In this document: positions 27,589 through 36,224 of the stretch, one piece after another
Layout: each line of letters opens with the position of its first letter
Numbering within the stretch: position 1 is the first letter of the stretch
Virus record (IMG/VR): IMGVR_UViG_3300008050_000030
DNA from: a virus
Strand: one strand, 5' to 3'
DNA length: 64,000 nt
Notes under the pieces: generated by a model
Database searches by the model: none
Told to the model about the DNA's origin: nothing
The model's input: the letters and a program-made list of their open reading frames with translations, nothing else
Translations under genes and position numbers: made by a program

Positions 27589-27733
27589 GCCAACCGCTTG
27601 TTGTACCCCCCGCCGGTCGGGGACTTAGGCGTCAACTGCTTGTTGTAGTGACCGCTGGTTTGGGACCTGGGTGCCAACTGCTTGTTGCTCCCATATACCT
27701 GGCCCGGAATCTGGAGTGACAACCACTTGTTGC
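27589..27733. repeat. four tandem direct repeats with about 42-bp period
   Basis: Cores CAACCGCTTGTTG 27591, CAACTGCTTGTTG 27633 and 27675, CAACCACTTGTTG 27720. Confidence 0.7.
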
Positions 27734-27796
27734 TAAGGACAATCGGCCGGGGACCCGGGGCAACGGCATGCAGCCATGTACCCCGGGTCCCAGATC

Positions 27797-28135
27797 TCAT
27801 CGGCCACAGCCAGAGCACTCCGTGAGGGGGAGCCCCTGCTGCTTCTCGTGCCGCACCAGCCGCGGGCTGGTGAGCACGATCTCGTTGCTGTGTCGCCGGT
27901 TCCACGGCATCCAGAGCCGGGTGCGCAGCTCCACGCAGTCTCCGGGGGAGACGACCTTCATGTCCTCGCGGAACACGGAGATCTGCGTACGTGTACGGGG
28001 CACCTCGTACGTGTAGGTCTTGGTCCCGTCCGAGAAGACGTAGACATCCCAGACCTTGTCCGGGGCGCCCTTCTTCTGACGGCGGGCGTCCACCTCGCGG
28101 GAGACGAGGTGGACGCTCAGGGTGACGGCAGCCAT
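27797..28135 (-). CDS. hypothetical protein (112 aa)
   Basis: TGATG coupled; C-terminal CSGCGR. Confidence 0.6.
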   Translation of the reverse strand: MAAVTLSVHLVSREVDARRQKKGAPDKVWDVYVFSDGTKTYTYEVPRTRTQISVFREDMKVVSPGDCVELRTRLWMPWNRRHSNEIVLTSPRLVRHEKQQGLPLTECSGCGR

Positions 28136-28497
28136 CAGCCCAAGGTCACGGTGTCGAGGACCTCGTACACCCAGGCCTCGTGATCCCGGGCCTCACCGCG
28201 CCAGACCTGCTCGTGGCGGAGCATGATCAGCGTGGCCAGGTGGCCAGGCTTGTCGAAGTCACCGAGACGCTCCAGGAGCTTCTCCTTCATCTCCTTCTGG
28301 TACGCGTGGTAGGTCTCGCGGTCGACGCCGTCCGAGAGGTCGATCAGCCAGATCGGTCGGCCGACGAGGTAGCCCTGCAGGCTCATGAGGTAGTTCCGCA
28401 GCTCCATGCGGCGACGCATGGCCCGTCCGAAGAGGCCGACGATTCCGAAGAGGCCGACGATGACGAAGGTGATGAGGAGGCGGGCGAGGGTCTTCAT
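28135..28497 (-). CDS. small membrane protein (MKT-family paralog)
   Basis: MKTLARLLITFVIVGLFGIVGLFG; full cassette upstream. Confidence 0.65.
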   Translation of the reverse strand: MKTLARLLITFVIVGLFGIVGLFGRAMRRRMELRNYLMSLQGYLVGRPIWLIDLSDGVDRETYHAYQKEMKEKLLERLGDFDKPGHLATLIMLRHEQVWRGEARDHEAWVYEVLDTVTLG

Positions 28498-28560
28498 AGT
28501 GAGCTCCAGGGGTGGTTGGTCTACTTCTCTTATCCCCCAGTGACAACTCCCAGTTGTCGC
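28498..28560 (-). promoter_or_regulatory. promoter/5'-UTR cassette
   Basis: Minus sense: GACAACTGGGAGTTGTC ... GGGGGATAAGAGAAGTAGACCAACCACCCCTGGAGCTCACTATG. Confidence 0.6.
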
Positions 28561-28753
28561 CCAACGCTAAGGGAGGGGGATTGGCGATCCCCTTAGCCCA
28601 GATCCCGAAGGAGCTGGTCCCATGAGAGGAAACCTCACCTGCGGCCGGGGCGTCCGGCCGGCGGGGATCGAACCCGCTCCTGTTCATGCCCAGCCCCCTG
28701 CTGCGTGTACGTGGAGGTGCCGGCCTCACCGCAGCAGGGGGTTTGTCGATCAC

Positions 28754-29194
28754 TCAGACGACCCGGAGGCCTCGGGGGTTGCCGGACTCGTCGAGGCCGA
28801 GGGCCGCGCGCTGCTCGGGACCGAGCATGCCGGCCTCCATGAAGGCGTCACGCATCTGCTCTCGGGGCAGCACACCCTCCCAGCGCCACTCGACGGTGCC
28901 GTTGGGGGCGATGTGGCGCTGGGTGTGCGCCACCTCTCCTGGCCGGGCGAGGGCGTGGCCCACGTGCTCCGCCGGCAGGCGGAAGAGCGCGTACCCGACG
29001 TCGAGCTCGACGGACCCGTCGGGGTAGACCGCGGCGACGCGGGCCTCGGTGGGCTGGTCGACGGTCATCGTCTCCGGCTTGGCGGCGGGCTTGGTGGGCT
29101 TGGCGGCGGGCTTGCGCCATCCCAGCAGGGTGACGATGGCTCCGAGGATGAAGCCGAGGATCACGGGGGCGAACAGACGGATGAAGGCCTTCAT
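28754..29194 (-). CDS. membrane protein with Lys/Pro-rich linker (MK-family paralog)
   Basis: MKAFIRLFAPVILGFILGAIV; AKPTKPAAKP linker. Confidence 0.65.
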   Translation of the reverse strand: MKAFIRLFAPVILGFILGAIVTLLGWRKPAAKPTKPAAKPETMTVDQPTEARVAAVYPDGSVELDVGYALFRLPAEHVGHALARPGEVAHTQRHIAPNGTVEWRWEGVLPREQMRDAFMEAGMLGPEQRAALGLDESGNPRGLRVV

Positions 29195-29255
29195 TGGAAA
29201 CTCCAGGGGTTGGTGGTCTACTCCTCTTATCCCGCCGTACCAACTGCCAGTTGCC
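29195..29255 (-). promoter_or_regulatory. promoter/5'-UTR cassette
   Basis: Stop TGA then GGCAACTGGCAGTTGGTACGGCGGGATAAGAGGAGTAGACCACCAACCCCTGGAGTTTCCAATG. Confidence 0.6.
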
Positions 29256-29852
29256 TCAGTCGTACAGGCCCAGCGCAGCGACGACCGCGTGCGCCTTCTT
29301 CAGGGTCTTCTCATCGACCGACCCCCCCGGGTCGATCGAGACCCGGATGTAGATGCCGCTCCGCTCGAGCTCGTAGTCTTCGACGTAGGGGAGCGCCCGC
29401 TCCTCGGGCTCCTCCTGCGTCTCATGCGCGCTTGCGACGGCCAGGGCGTCGCTGAGGTAGCAGTTGCACCGCGGCTCCTCCTCCCAGCTGTTCTGGTGGG
29501 TGCAGGCGTCACCGTGCGCCTGGTCCGAGTCGGAGACGCGCTGGAGCACGGCTCGGAGCAGCGCGATCGTGTGCGCCTCTTCGGAGGGCTCGGAGTAGGT
29601 CTTCTCCGCGTCGCCCATGGCGAAGATGCGAGCCGGCTTCGCATGCGTCCGGAGGATGTTCTGGATCGGCCTTCCCATGAGGAGGCCGGTGGAGTCCTTC
29701 ACGCCGAGGATCTCCCACCCCTCGCCTTCGAGATCTTCGACCGCCTCCTTTGCGATGACGGCGGGACCGGCGATGCCGACCTGCGCACTCGTGGTGCTGT
29801 GGCGGATCTGAAGGAGCTGGGTGCGGGTCAACAGGATGTCTTTGTCTGCCAT
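29256..29852 (-). CDS. hypothetical protein (198 aa)
   Basis: Cassette upstream; high GC3. Confidence 0.7.
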   Translation of the reverse strand: MADKDILLTRTQLLQIRHSTTSAQVGIAGPAVIAKEAVEDLEGEGWEILGVKDSTGLLMGRPIQNILRTHAKPARIFAMGDAEKTYSEPSEEAHTIALLRAVLQRVSDSDQAHGDACTHQNSWEEEPRCNCYLSDALAVASAHETQEEPEERALPYVEDYELERSGIYIRVSIDPGGSVDEKTLKKAHAVVAALGLYD

Positions 29853-29965
29853 GATCTTCTCCGGGGAAGGGGTTCACACCTCTTATCCCCCCATACCAAC
29901 TGGAAGTTGTCAGCTAAGCAGGAGCGAGGGGGGACCCTCGCTGCGACTGCTTTCGGCCCGCCCCC

Positions 29966-30285
29966 CTAGAAGGGGGACAGGTCTTCCAGCCCGGTTCCGA
30001 ACCGGGCCCGGACTGCGTCCCACACGCGGCACGCCGCGTAGTACGGCAGCCCAATGGGTGCCGTCACCACCAGCAGGGCGGCCATGCCCGCGCGCTGCCA
30101 GCCCGACTCCGACGAGTCGGAGGCGAACCCGACCCCGGTCCCGTACAGGGACCCGAGCATCCTCGTCACCGTGACGGTGATGAAGGAGGCGGCGGCGAGA
30201 GCCAGCGGCCGGAGCGCTGCCGTGAGGCAGCGGGTCAGCAGGGTGGCGATGAACTTGGCGAGGAACTTGGCGATGGTCTTCATAT
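29966..30285 (-). CDS. small membrane protein (MKTIA-family paralog)
   Basis: MKTIAKFLAKFIATLL; CCCTGGAGTTCGATATG context. Confidence 0.6.
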
Positions 30286-30563
30286 CGAACTCCAGGGAAC
30301 GAAGACGGCAGGGGCGCGAGAAAACCTCGCAAAGCCTCCTGTTGGTGACACTTCTCTTATCCCCGAAACACCCCCTTTTTCTGCACTTTGCAGCTGCCCT
30401 CACGCCTCCCCATCGAGCGGGTAAGTGTGCCCCTCGGCCCCGGTCAAGGGGCGCGTTTGACGGGCGGGCCGCCCGAGCTATTGCTCCCAGAGTCAGCCAG
30501 GGGTTATTGCCCCTGACCTGTCGCGCGGGGATCGAACCCGCCTCCCTTCACACCTGTCGTCAG

Positions 30564-31151
30564 CTACCCAGCCGGACTCGAACCGGCCCTTTCCTGGATC
30601 GTCTGCTCTCGGTACCAGCACCAGTAGGTCTCGGTGTGGTGCCGCCGCCATGGGTTGTGCCCTTCCGGCTTCGGCACCAAGTCCCAGGCGACCCCGCGGC
30701 TGTGGGTGCGCCGAGGCCGCTGCTTGCAGCCGGGGTCGGGGTCGTGGATGCCCCAGTACTCCGACTTCAGCGCGTAGCAGTAGACGCGGCCCCTCCCTCG
30801 GCCCCAGCGGATGGCCTGATCGATCTCCCAGGGCAGGTCCGCCTCGGCGATCTCAGGCAGGTACCCGTGCTCCTCCACCAGCCGAGTGAGCATCCTCTGG
30901 CCCAGCGCCCTCCTCTCTGCCTTCGTCATCGGGATGAGCGGAGGCCGGGAGGGGAACTTGGGGAGCTCGCCCTCCCAGAGCCGCTTGCAGTCCCCGCAGA
31001 CGTCCTCGGCGAAGATGGACTCGAGCGGGCGCTCGACAGGGTCCTTGGGCAGCGCGTTGTGGTCGACGCCGGCGATGTGCGCCTTGCCTGTGTTCCACGG
31101 GTCCTTCAGGCCGAGCTGGTACTCGGTACGCCGGGCCTGGATGAACCTCAT
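30564..31151 (-). CDS. Cys/His-rich hypothetical protein, possibly HNH-like
   Basis: CGDC...CYALKSEYWGIHDPDPGC...H..H; preceded by a 12-codon uORF. Confidence 0.6.
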   Translation of the reverse strand: MRFIQARRTEYQLGLKDPWNTGKAHIAGVDHNALPKDPVERPLESIFAEDVCGDCKRLWEGELPKFPSRPPLIPMTKAERRALGQRMLTRLVEEHGYLPEIAEADLPWEIDQAIRWGRGRGRVYCYALKSEYWGIHDPDPGCKQRPRRTHSRGVAWDLVPKPEGHNPWRRHHTETYWCWYREQTIQERAGSSPAG

Positions 31152-31188
31152 GTCGGCGTCTCGCGGTAGGTCACGCTCAGGGACATGC

Positions 31189-31395
31189 TCACTTCCTCTC
31201 GTGGGACCGTCGAAGACGCTCGGCGCGCTGCAGGACCCCGGGCCTGCGGGGGCCCAGGCGCAGCTCTTCCCCGAAGCGGAGTCCGCCCTCGTCGAGGATG
31301 AACTTCTTGTGGAAGCCCGGGCCGTAGCCCGAACTCGCTCGAGGGTTCCTGGACCCGTGGGGGATGCCGCGGGCTTCCCAGCTGGGAATGGTCAT
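31189..31395 (-). CDS. hypothetical basic small protein
   Basis: CCTGGAGATCTCACCATG context. Confidence 0.5.
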   Translation of the reverse strand: MTIPSWEARGIPHGSRNPRASSGYGPGFHKKFILDEGGLRFGEELRLGPRRPGVLQRAERLRRSHERK

Positions 31396-31817
31396 GGTGA
31401 GATCTCCAGGCAGGGCGGGTTCTCGCCGCGAATGACGGAACAGCAGAAGGTGATCGAGCGGACGGGCGGCAGGGTGTTGAACTGGCCGCCCTTGCAGTGG
31501 TAGTCGCCGCCGTTGCCGCGCTCCCGGTGCGAGCTCCCCTCCTCCAGCCAGAAGGACTCTCGGTTGATCTCGTACCCGGATCGAGGCAGCCAGGTCTCGA
31601 AGTTGTCGGTCGCGGTGTTGATGTAGACGGTGGCGTCGAGCTCGCGCTCCTCGGACAGCCGGGCCTCCTGGAAGATCCAGAGGATGCCGGCCAGCGCCCC
31701 GATGATGATCAGGGTGATGAGCAGATCCATGCCGCTCATCGAGCCCCCGCCACCGCCCGAGCTGTAGTCGTTGTAGTCCCCGCCACCGCCGCCCGAATCG
31801 AACATTCCATCAGCCAT
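31392..31817 (-). CDS. Gly-rich N-terminus + TM helix protein
   Basis: SGGGGGDYNDYSSGGGGG then DLLITLIIIGALAGILWIF; AAGGAGAAGACCGATG. Confidence 0.65.
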   Translation of the reverse strand: MADGMFDSGGGGGDYNDYSSGGGGGSMSGMDLLITLIIIGALAGILWIFQEARLSEERELDATVYINTATDNFETWLPRSGYEINRESFWLEEGSSHRERGNGGDYHCKGGQFNTLPPVRSITFCCSVIRGENPPCLEISP

Positions 31818-31990
31818 CGGTCTTCTCCTTGTTGTGCGCGGTCACGCCCCGGCTGCGATGACGGCGACGAAGCCCGGGTCGGGACCGAAGTACCAGTAGA
31901 TCCGAGCACTCTTCCTTCTTGCCGAGTTCGATCACGTCTGTCTCCAGTTGGGTGTACCCGCCTTATCCCGTGAACAACTGTCGGTTGCTA

Positions 31991-32061
31991 ATCAGCGAGG
32001 GGGACTCGAACCCCCAACATCTCCTTTGCGCGGGAGGGCTCTACCATTGAGCTATCTCTGA
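31991..32061 (-). tRNA. tRNA-like gene with defective anticodon arm
   Basis: Canonical D-arm TAGCTCAATGGTAGAGC and T-arm GGGGGTTCGAGTCCCCC; acceptor stem with one A-G mismatch; anticodon arm is only CTCC/GGAG with an 8-nt loop lacking U33; no encoded CCA. Confidence 0.5.
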
Positions 32062-32097
32062 CACTCTTCTTATCCCCTCAACAACTCCCAGTTGACG

Positions 32098-32298
32098 CTA
32101 AGCGCAGAGCCCCTCGAAGAGGGGGTGCGCAGTCGTCTCAGGACAGATCGGAGAGCACGAGGAGGACCAGCCAGCGCCGGCCCCCTCACGCCAGATGACG
32201 TAGTCCTTGCCTTCGTGGCGGTGGGTCCCGCATCGGCGGGCGGTGCGGGGCGGCTTGTCCACGATCACCGCCACCCCCAGCCGGGTCTTGACCCTCAT
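32098..32298 (-). CDS. small Cys/His protein (66 aa)
   Basis: ATGA-coupled; stop TAG lies inside the CTTAGC element. Confidence 0.5.
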   Translation of the reverse strand: MRVKTRLGVAVIVDKPPRTARRCGTHRHEGKDYVIWREGAGAGWSSSCSPICPETTAHPLFEGLCA

Positions 32299-32766
32299 CC
32301 CGCGAAGTGGGTGAAGCGCGCTTCGCCCGTCTTCTCTTGGGGAGCGAGCGCGCCTGCGATGATGCGCTGAACCTGCCGCGCCATCAGGCGGAACCGGAAG
32401 TAGTCGATCCACTCGTGCTCGCGCTGGTGGTCCCGCAGCTCGAGCAGGGGCAGGGCCGCCTGGCAGAACTTGACCGCCAGCTCGGGGTTGACCACGGCGA
32501 CGGCCGCCACCATGTCCACCACGGCCTGTCCGTGGACGACGTGGATGCGCTCCCACCACGCGATGTTCTCCTCCCGCGAGGCGCCCGGGACGTCGGCGAA
32601 GACGTCCCGGTTGTCCTCCGTGATCTGATCGACGGCGGGTCGGGCGTCGGGGCAGGCGTCCAGCAGGACGTCGAAGAAGTCCAGCAGGAAGCCGTGGGTG
32701 CAGGAGTGGTCGTTGGCCAGCAACAGGCGCTGGAACTTCTCGGTCGGGTTCTCTTCGTTGAGCATG
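32295..32766 (-). CDS. hypothetical protein (157 aa)
   Basis: Cassette GGGATAAGGAGATCACAACCCTGGAGGAGCACATG. Confidence 0.65.
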
Positions 32767-32873
32767 TGCTCCTCCAGGGTTGTGATCTCCTTATCCCGCC
32801 GGACCCGCATCGGTTGCTAAGAGCGAGCGTCCACCGGACCCAGGAACCACGAGGGTTCCTGGGTCCGAGGACT

Positions 32874-33582
32874 TCAGCTCGCTGCCCGGGCGGAGAACCG
32901 CAGGACCCCCGGCTTGGCGACGTCCAGGAGTCCCTCGGCCCGCCACCGGAAGACGGTGGCCCTCTCGTTGAGCATCGTCGCCGTGCGGGTCGCGGCGTAC
33001 TGCTGCGCGGCGTACTCTTCTGCGGGACGGAGGAGAGCCGCCCATGCCTGCTCGTCGTACGGCAGCTCGAGCTCGAACTTCGCGTCCCCTGGGTCCGAGT
33101 CCGGGGGCGAGCCGGCGGCTTCCCACTCCGCGTAGAGGGCCTCGTCCTCGGCCACTACTTTCTGCAGCCTCTCCTGGAGGTCGGTGGTGTCCCAGTAGGC
33201 CGAGACGGCCTTGCGCGCCTCCTCGCGCTCGACCTTCTCCTTGGCTGCTGCGCGCTCTCGCCCCAGCGCGGCCTCGTGCCGCTCCAGGGCGCCGGCCGTC
33301 ATGGCCTTGATGTCTTGGAAGGCCGCAGCGGTGGCCTTGGCCACGATGGCGCGGTGGTGTCCCCGCAGGGCCTTGGCCAGGTCCGCGGAGATGGCCTTCT
33401 CTGAGAAGGTGGGGCCGTCGTCCACCTTCAGGGTGAGGCCGTCGCCGTCGTCCACGTAGAGGAGGAGCTTCAGGCAGCTCCCCTCGAACTTGCACTCGAG
33501 GTCGCAGAGGTCGACCTTCCACTCTCCGGGGAGGGCGTCGGCCGCGTCGAAGAGGGCGTCGAGGATGGTCTTCTTGCTCATG
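32874..33582 (-). CDS. hypothetical protein (236 aa)
   Basis: Cassette with CCCCCGGAGATCATCATG. Confidence 0.65.
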
Positions 33583-33647
33583 ATGATCTCCGGGGGTTGT
33601 GGTCTGCTTCTCTTATCCCTCCGCGGCAACCCCCAGTTGACGCTAAG

Positions 33648-33680
33648 AGAGGAGGGGCAGCCGTAGCCGCCCCTCCTCTC
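33648..33680. terminator. GC-rich hairpin
   Basis: GAGGAGGGGC-AGCCGTAG-CCGCCCCTCCTC between stop and next cassette. Confidence 0.55.
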
Positions 33681-33697
33681 CCTCGGCCGCCGCCGTC

Positions 33698-34225
33698 CTA
33701 CATGTCGTCGAAGCCGGCCGCCGCCGGCTCGTCGTCGGACACCCACTGGGTGCCCTCGGCGGCCTCGTCGGCGGGGACCGTGAAGGAGTCGGCCACCGCC
33801 TCGCGGCGGCGGCGCTCCTCGGCCAGGAAGGACGACGCCTGCGCCGCCTCGGCCTGCAGACCCGCCATGCGGGCGCGCATCTCCTCCATCTCCATCGCGA
33901 TGGCCTCCTGGCCGTTGCCGATGACCTCGAGCGCCGGGCGCTCGAGGCCGAAGATGGCGCTGACGGTGTCGTGGGCGGCGACGGCGGGGATCCCCGCCTC
34001 CGTCATCGTCGCGAAGGCCTTCGCGAAGGCCGTCGCCTTCGCCGTCGCCACCTCGACGCTCTGGAGGCGCACCTGGTGCACCCCCATCACGATGCCGGTG
34101 ATGGCGGACGTACCGAGCGTCACGAGGCTGGTGGCGTGTGCGAGTTCGTCTTCGAGGCGGGCCTTGCGCTCCTCGCGCTCGAGCTCCATCTCCTTGCGGC
34201 GGGCAGCGATCTGGTCCTTGGTCAT
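33698..34225 (-). CDS. hypothetical Ala/Glu-rich coiled-coil protein
   Basis: CCTGGAGACTGAGACCATG context. Confidence 0.65.
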   Translation of the reverse strand: MTKDQIAARRKEMELEREERKARLEDELAHATSLVTLGTSAITGIVMGVHQVRLQSVEVATAKATAFAKAFATMTEAGIPAVAAHDTVSAIFGLERPALEVIGNGQEAIAMEMEEMRARMAGLQAEAAQASSFLAEERRRREAVADSFTVPADEAAEGTQWVSDDEPAAAGFDDM

Positions 34226-34314
34226 GGTCTCAGTCTCCAGGTCGAGGGGAAGTTGAAGTCCTCGACACCTCTCTTATCCCTCCAACAACCGCCAGTTGCA
34301 CTCGGATCTAAAAG

Positions 34315-34385
34315 TTGAAAAACAAGCTCTCGGCGATGCCCAGGCCGAACGATCTCACCGAGAGCAGTCCTGATTGAGTGCGTTC
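34315..34385 (-). ncRNA. candidate small RNA with its own cassette promoter and a U-tract terminator
   Basis: GGGGGATAAGGAGAACG promoter copy at 34381-34396; 8-bp stem GCTCTCGG/CCGAGAGC (34326-34365) followed by TTGTTTTTCAACTTTTAG; no ORF. Confidence 0.35.
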
Positions 34386-34424
34386 TCCTTATCCCCCGAA
34401 ATCGGGGAGTTGCCGATCGGGGAG

Positions 34425-34455
34425 GAGGGACCTAGATCCCTCCTCCCCTTCTCCG
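34425..34455. terminator. GC-rich hairpin downstream of the kinase gene
   Basis: GGGGAGGAGGGA-CCTAGATCC-CTCCTCCCC. Confidence 0.55.
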
Positions 34456-34562
34456 CGGGCAGGCACCGAGGCGGGGTACAGACTCCACGCCTTCTGTTCG
34501 TGCGGGTCGCCCTCAGCCACGCTCTCGGGCATGAGTCCCGCCCTGCGGACTTTCGATCGAAC

Positions 34563-35012
34563 TCAGCCCCTATCCCAAGGAGGCACGGGGTTGCCGGCTC
34601 CCCAGGGGTGCTCCCACCTGGACCGCATGCGGCGAATCGCGTCCAGAGGGACCCCATGGCTGTTCCGCTTGAACAGCTGCTCGTCGGTGAGCCCTCCGTC
34701 GAAGAGGTCGACGATGAAGGTCTTCAGGCGGAGAGGGGAGTCGGAGAGCTGGAGGTAGGGCTCCAGCTCCCACCGAGTGCTGAAGGTGTTGGCCACCGCG
34801 GTGATGGGCTGCCCGGCCAGGACCGACTCCTGGGCGCCCTTGATGCACTGGGCGTGGGCCTGCGCCAGCTCCTGCGGCTTGAAGGTGTACGTGCCGTCCT
34901 CCGCGGTGAAGTAGTCGTCGGCCGAGAAGATGGCGGCGTCGAGGAGGTGAGCGAAGGAGGTCTTCCCCGAGCCGGGGAGGCCTCGAACGAGAATCAAGAT
35001 CTGGTCAGTCAT
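34563..35012 (-). CDS. P-loop kinase (AAA_33 / polynucleotide-kinase-like)
   Basis: ILVRGLPGSGKTSFAHLL Walker A near N-terminus; about 150 aa; ATGA-coupled. Confidence 0.7.
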   Translation of the reverse strand: MTDQILILVRGLPGSGKTSFAHLLDAAIFSADDYFTAEDGTYTFKPQELAQAHAQCIKGAQESVLAGQPITAVANTFSTRWELEPYLQLSDSPLRLKTFIVDLFDGGLTDEQLFKRNSHGVPLDAIRRMRSRWEHPWGAGNPVPPWDRG

Positions 35013-35134
35013 CCGAGCACCAGGGCGAGGAGAGCCAGCACCCCGAGGAGGGAGAGCCAGGGGAGGGAGACGATGAGCACGATGAAGAGCACCGTGTTGC
35101 GGGCGACGCGGCGGAGGTAGCGGAGGAGGCGCAT
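35009..35134 (-). CDS. possible 41-aa membrane peptide
   Basis: MRLLRYLRRVARNTVLFIVLIVSLPWLSLLGVLALLALVLG; weak RBS. Confidence 0.3.
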   Translation of the reverse strand: MRLLRYLRRVARNTVLFIVLIVSLPWLSLLGVLALLALVLG

Positions 35135-35142
35135 GGGTTGTC

Positions 35143-35778
35143 TCAGAGGACCGAGACGCCGCACAGCTCCCAGAGAGGCTGCGTGGTGATGTCGAGGACA
35201 TCGACGAGGCGGGCCAGCGCAGTGGCGCTGAGCTCGCGGACGTTCCAGTTCAGGGACACCTGGGTCTCCATCTCTCCGTGCCGCGGCCCGTTCACCCAGG
35301 ACTCCTCGGGGATGGGCCCGGGGCCGCGGTGGGTCGAGGAGCGGTCCAGGTGCGGGCGCTCGTCCATGTTGGTGAGTCGGCAGCCCTCGGACGCGGCCAG
35401 CTCCCGAATCTGCTTCCAGGTCTCGGCCTCGGCATCGAAGGCGATGAACTCCGTGGACAGGTCGATCATCTCCTTCTTCTCGGTCCACAGCCCGTAGACG
35501 CGCCAGCGCGACCGGCGGGCGACGACGTCCTGGAGCGGGCGGACGCGGGCCAGGAAGGCGCGCTCGCCGTCGGAGAGGTGCAGGAACTCCTCGGTCTGGT
35601 AGTGGAGGCGGATGGCCTCTCGCCACGCCGGAGAGTCGAGGCCGGCAGGTTGCTCGGGCGGCCACGTCAGGTTGGCGGCCTTGGCCAAGTCGGGCAGGTG
35701 GCAGGTGGAGACGTCGCGGAGGTACTCACCGTGGCGGTGAATCTCCCCGATGCTGTTGATGTGGAGACCGATCTGCAT
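35143..35778 (-). CDS. hypothetical protein (211 aa)
   Basis: High GC3; preceded by a 200-bp lower-GC leader carrying the TATACCTGCGAGAT box. Confidence 0.7.
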   Translation of the reverse strand: MQIGLHINSIGEIHRHGEYLRDVSTCHLPDLAKAANLTWPPEQPAGLDSPAWREAIRLHYQTEEFLHLSDGERAFLARVRPLQDVVARRSRWRVYGLWTEKKEMIDLSTEFIAFDAEAETWKQIRELAASEGCRLTNMDERPHLDRSSTHRGPGPIPEESWVNGPRHGEMETQVSLNWNVRELSATALARLVDVLDITTQPLWELCGVSVL

Positions 35779-35983
35779 TCATGTCCCTCGGTAAGCATTG
35801 TGGAGGTCGGGCCGACGATCGCATCGGAAAGTCTGTTGTGTCTTGTGCACGTCCGTCCTCTAGCAACCTCCTTATACCTGCGAGATCACAGCACTTTCAG
35901 GGCTAAAGATGCGGTCCTTTCGGTCCTAGATCGAGGTCACGACTCCTCTTGAAGTGATCACCTGTGGTTTTGATCTACTCTAT

Positions 35984-36166
35984 TTATGCCTCCAGGCGCC
36001 CGCGGATTTCACTCCGCAGGCGCCCATCAGCACGTTCTCTCAGCCGCCCCGTCAGGACGTAGATGACCTCGCCGATCGGGCGGGCGACGAGGTTGTGGGC
36101 GGTCCACTGCAGCCGGCGGGGAAGCCGGTCGAGCAGCGGGGCGAAGAAGCCAGTCTTCTGTTCCAT
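35984..36166 (-). CDS. hypothetical small protein
   Basis: CCTGGAGATCTGATG context; its stop lies inside a motif copy GGCATAAATAGAGTAGATC. Confidence 0.45.
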   Translation of the reverse strand: MEQKTGFFAPLLDRLPRRLQWTAHNLVARPIGEVIYVLTGRLRERADGRLRSEIRGRLEA

Positions 36167-36224
36167 CAGATCTCCAGGTAGGTAGGTGGTCGTCCTACTT
36201 ATCCAGGAAATCCGCCCACTTTCA

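Noticed and set aside
27576-27905. 109-aa minus ORF with NKQL repeats
   Set aside because: It merely translates the 42-bp tandem DNA repeats. GC3 is only about 70% against about 90% in real genes here, and there is no RBS.
31992-32061. Possibility that the tRNA-like sequence is a bacterial attachment-site remnant marking a prophage end
   Set aside because: It lies in the middle of a contiguous minus-strand gene block with cassette promoters on both sides. No integrase, direct repeats or change in composition are nearby.
34399-34425. CCGAAATCGGGGAGTTGCCGATCGGGG as a palindromic operator
   Set aside because: Only the trivial CCGATCGG core is self-complementary; the arms do not pair.
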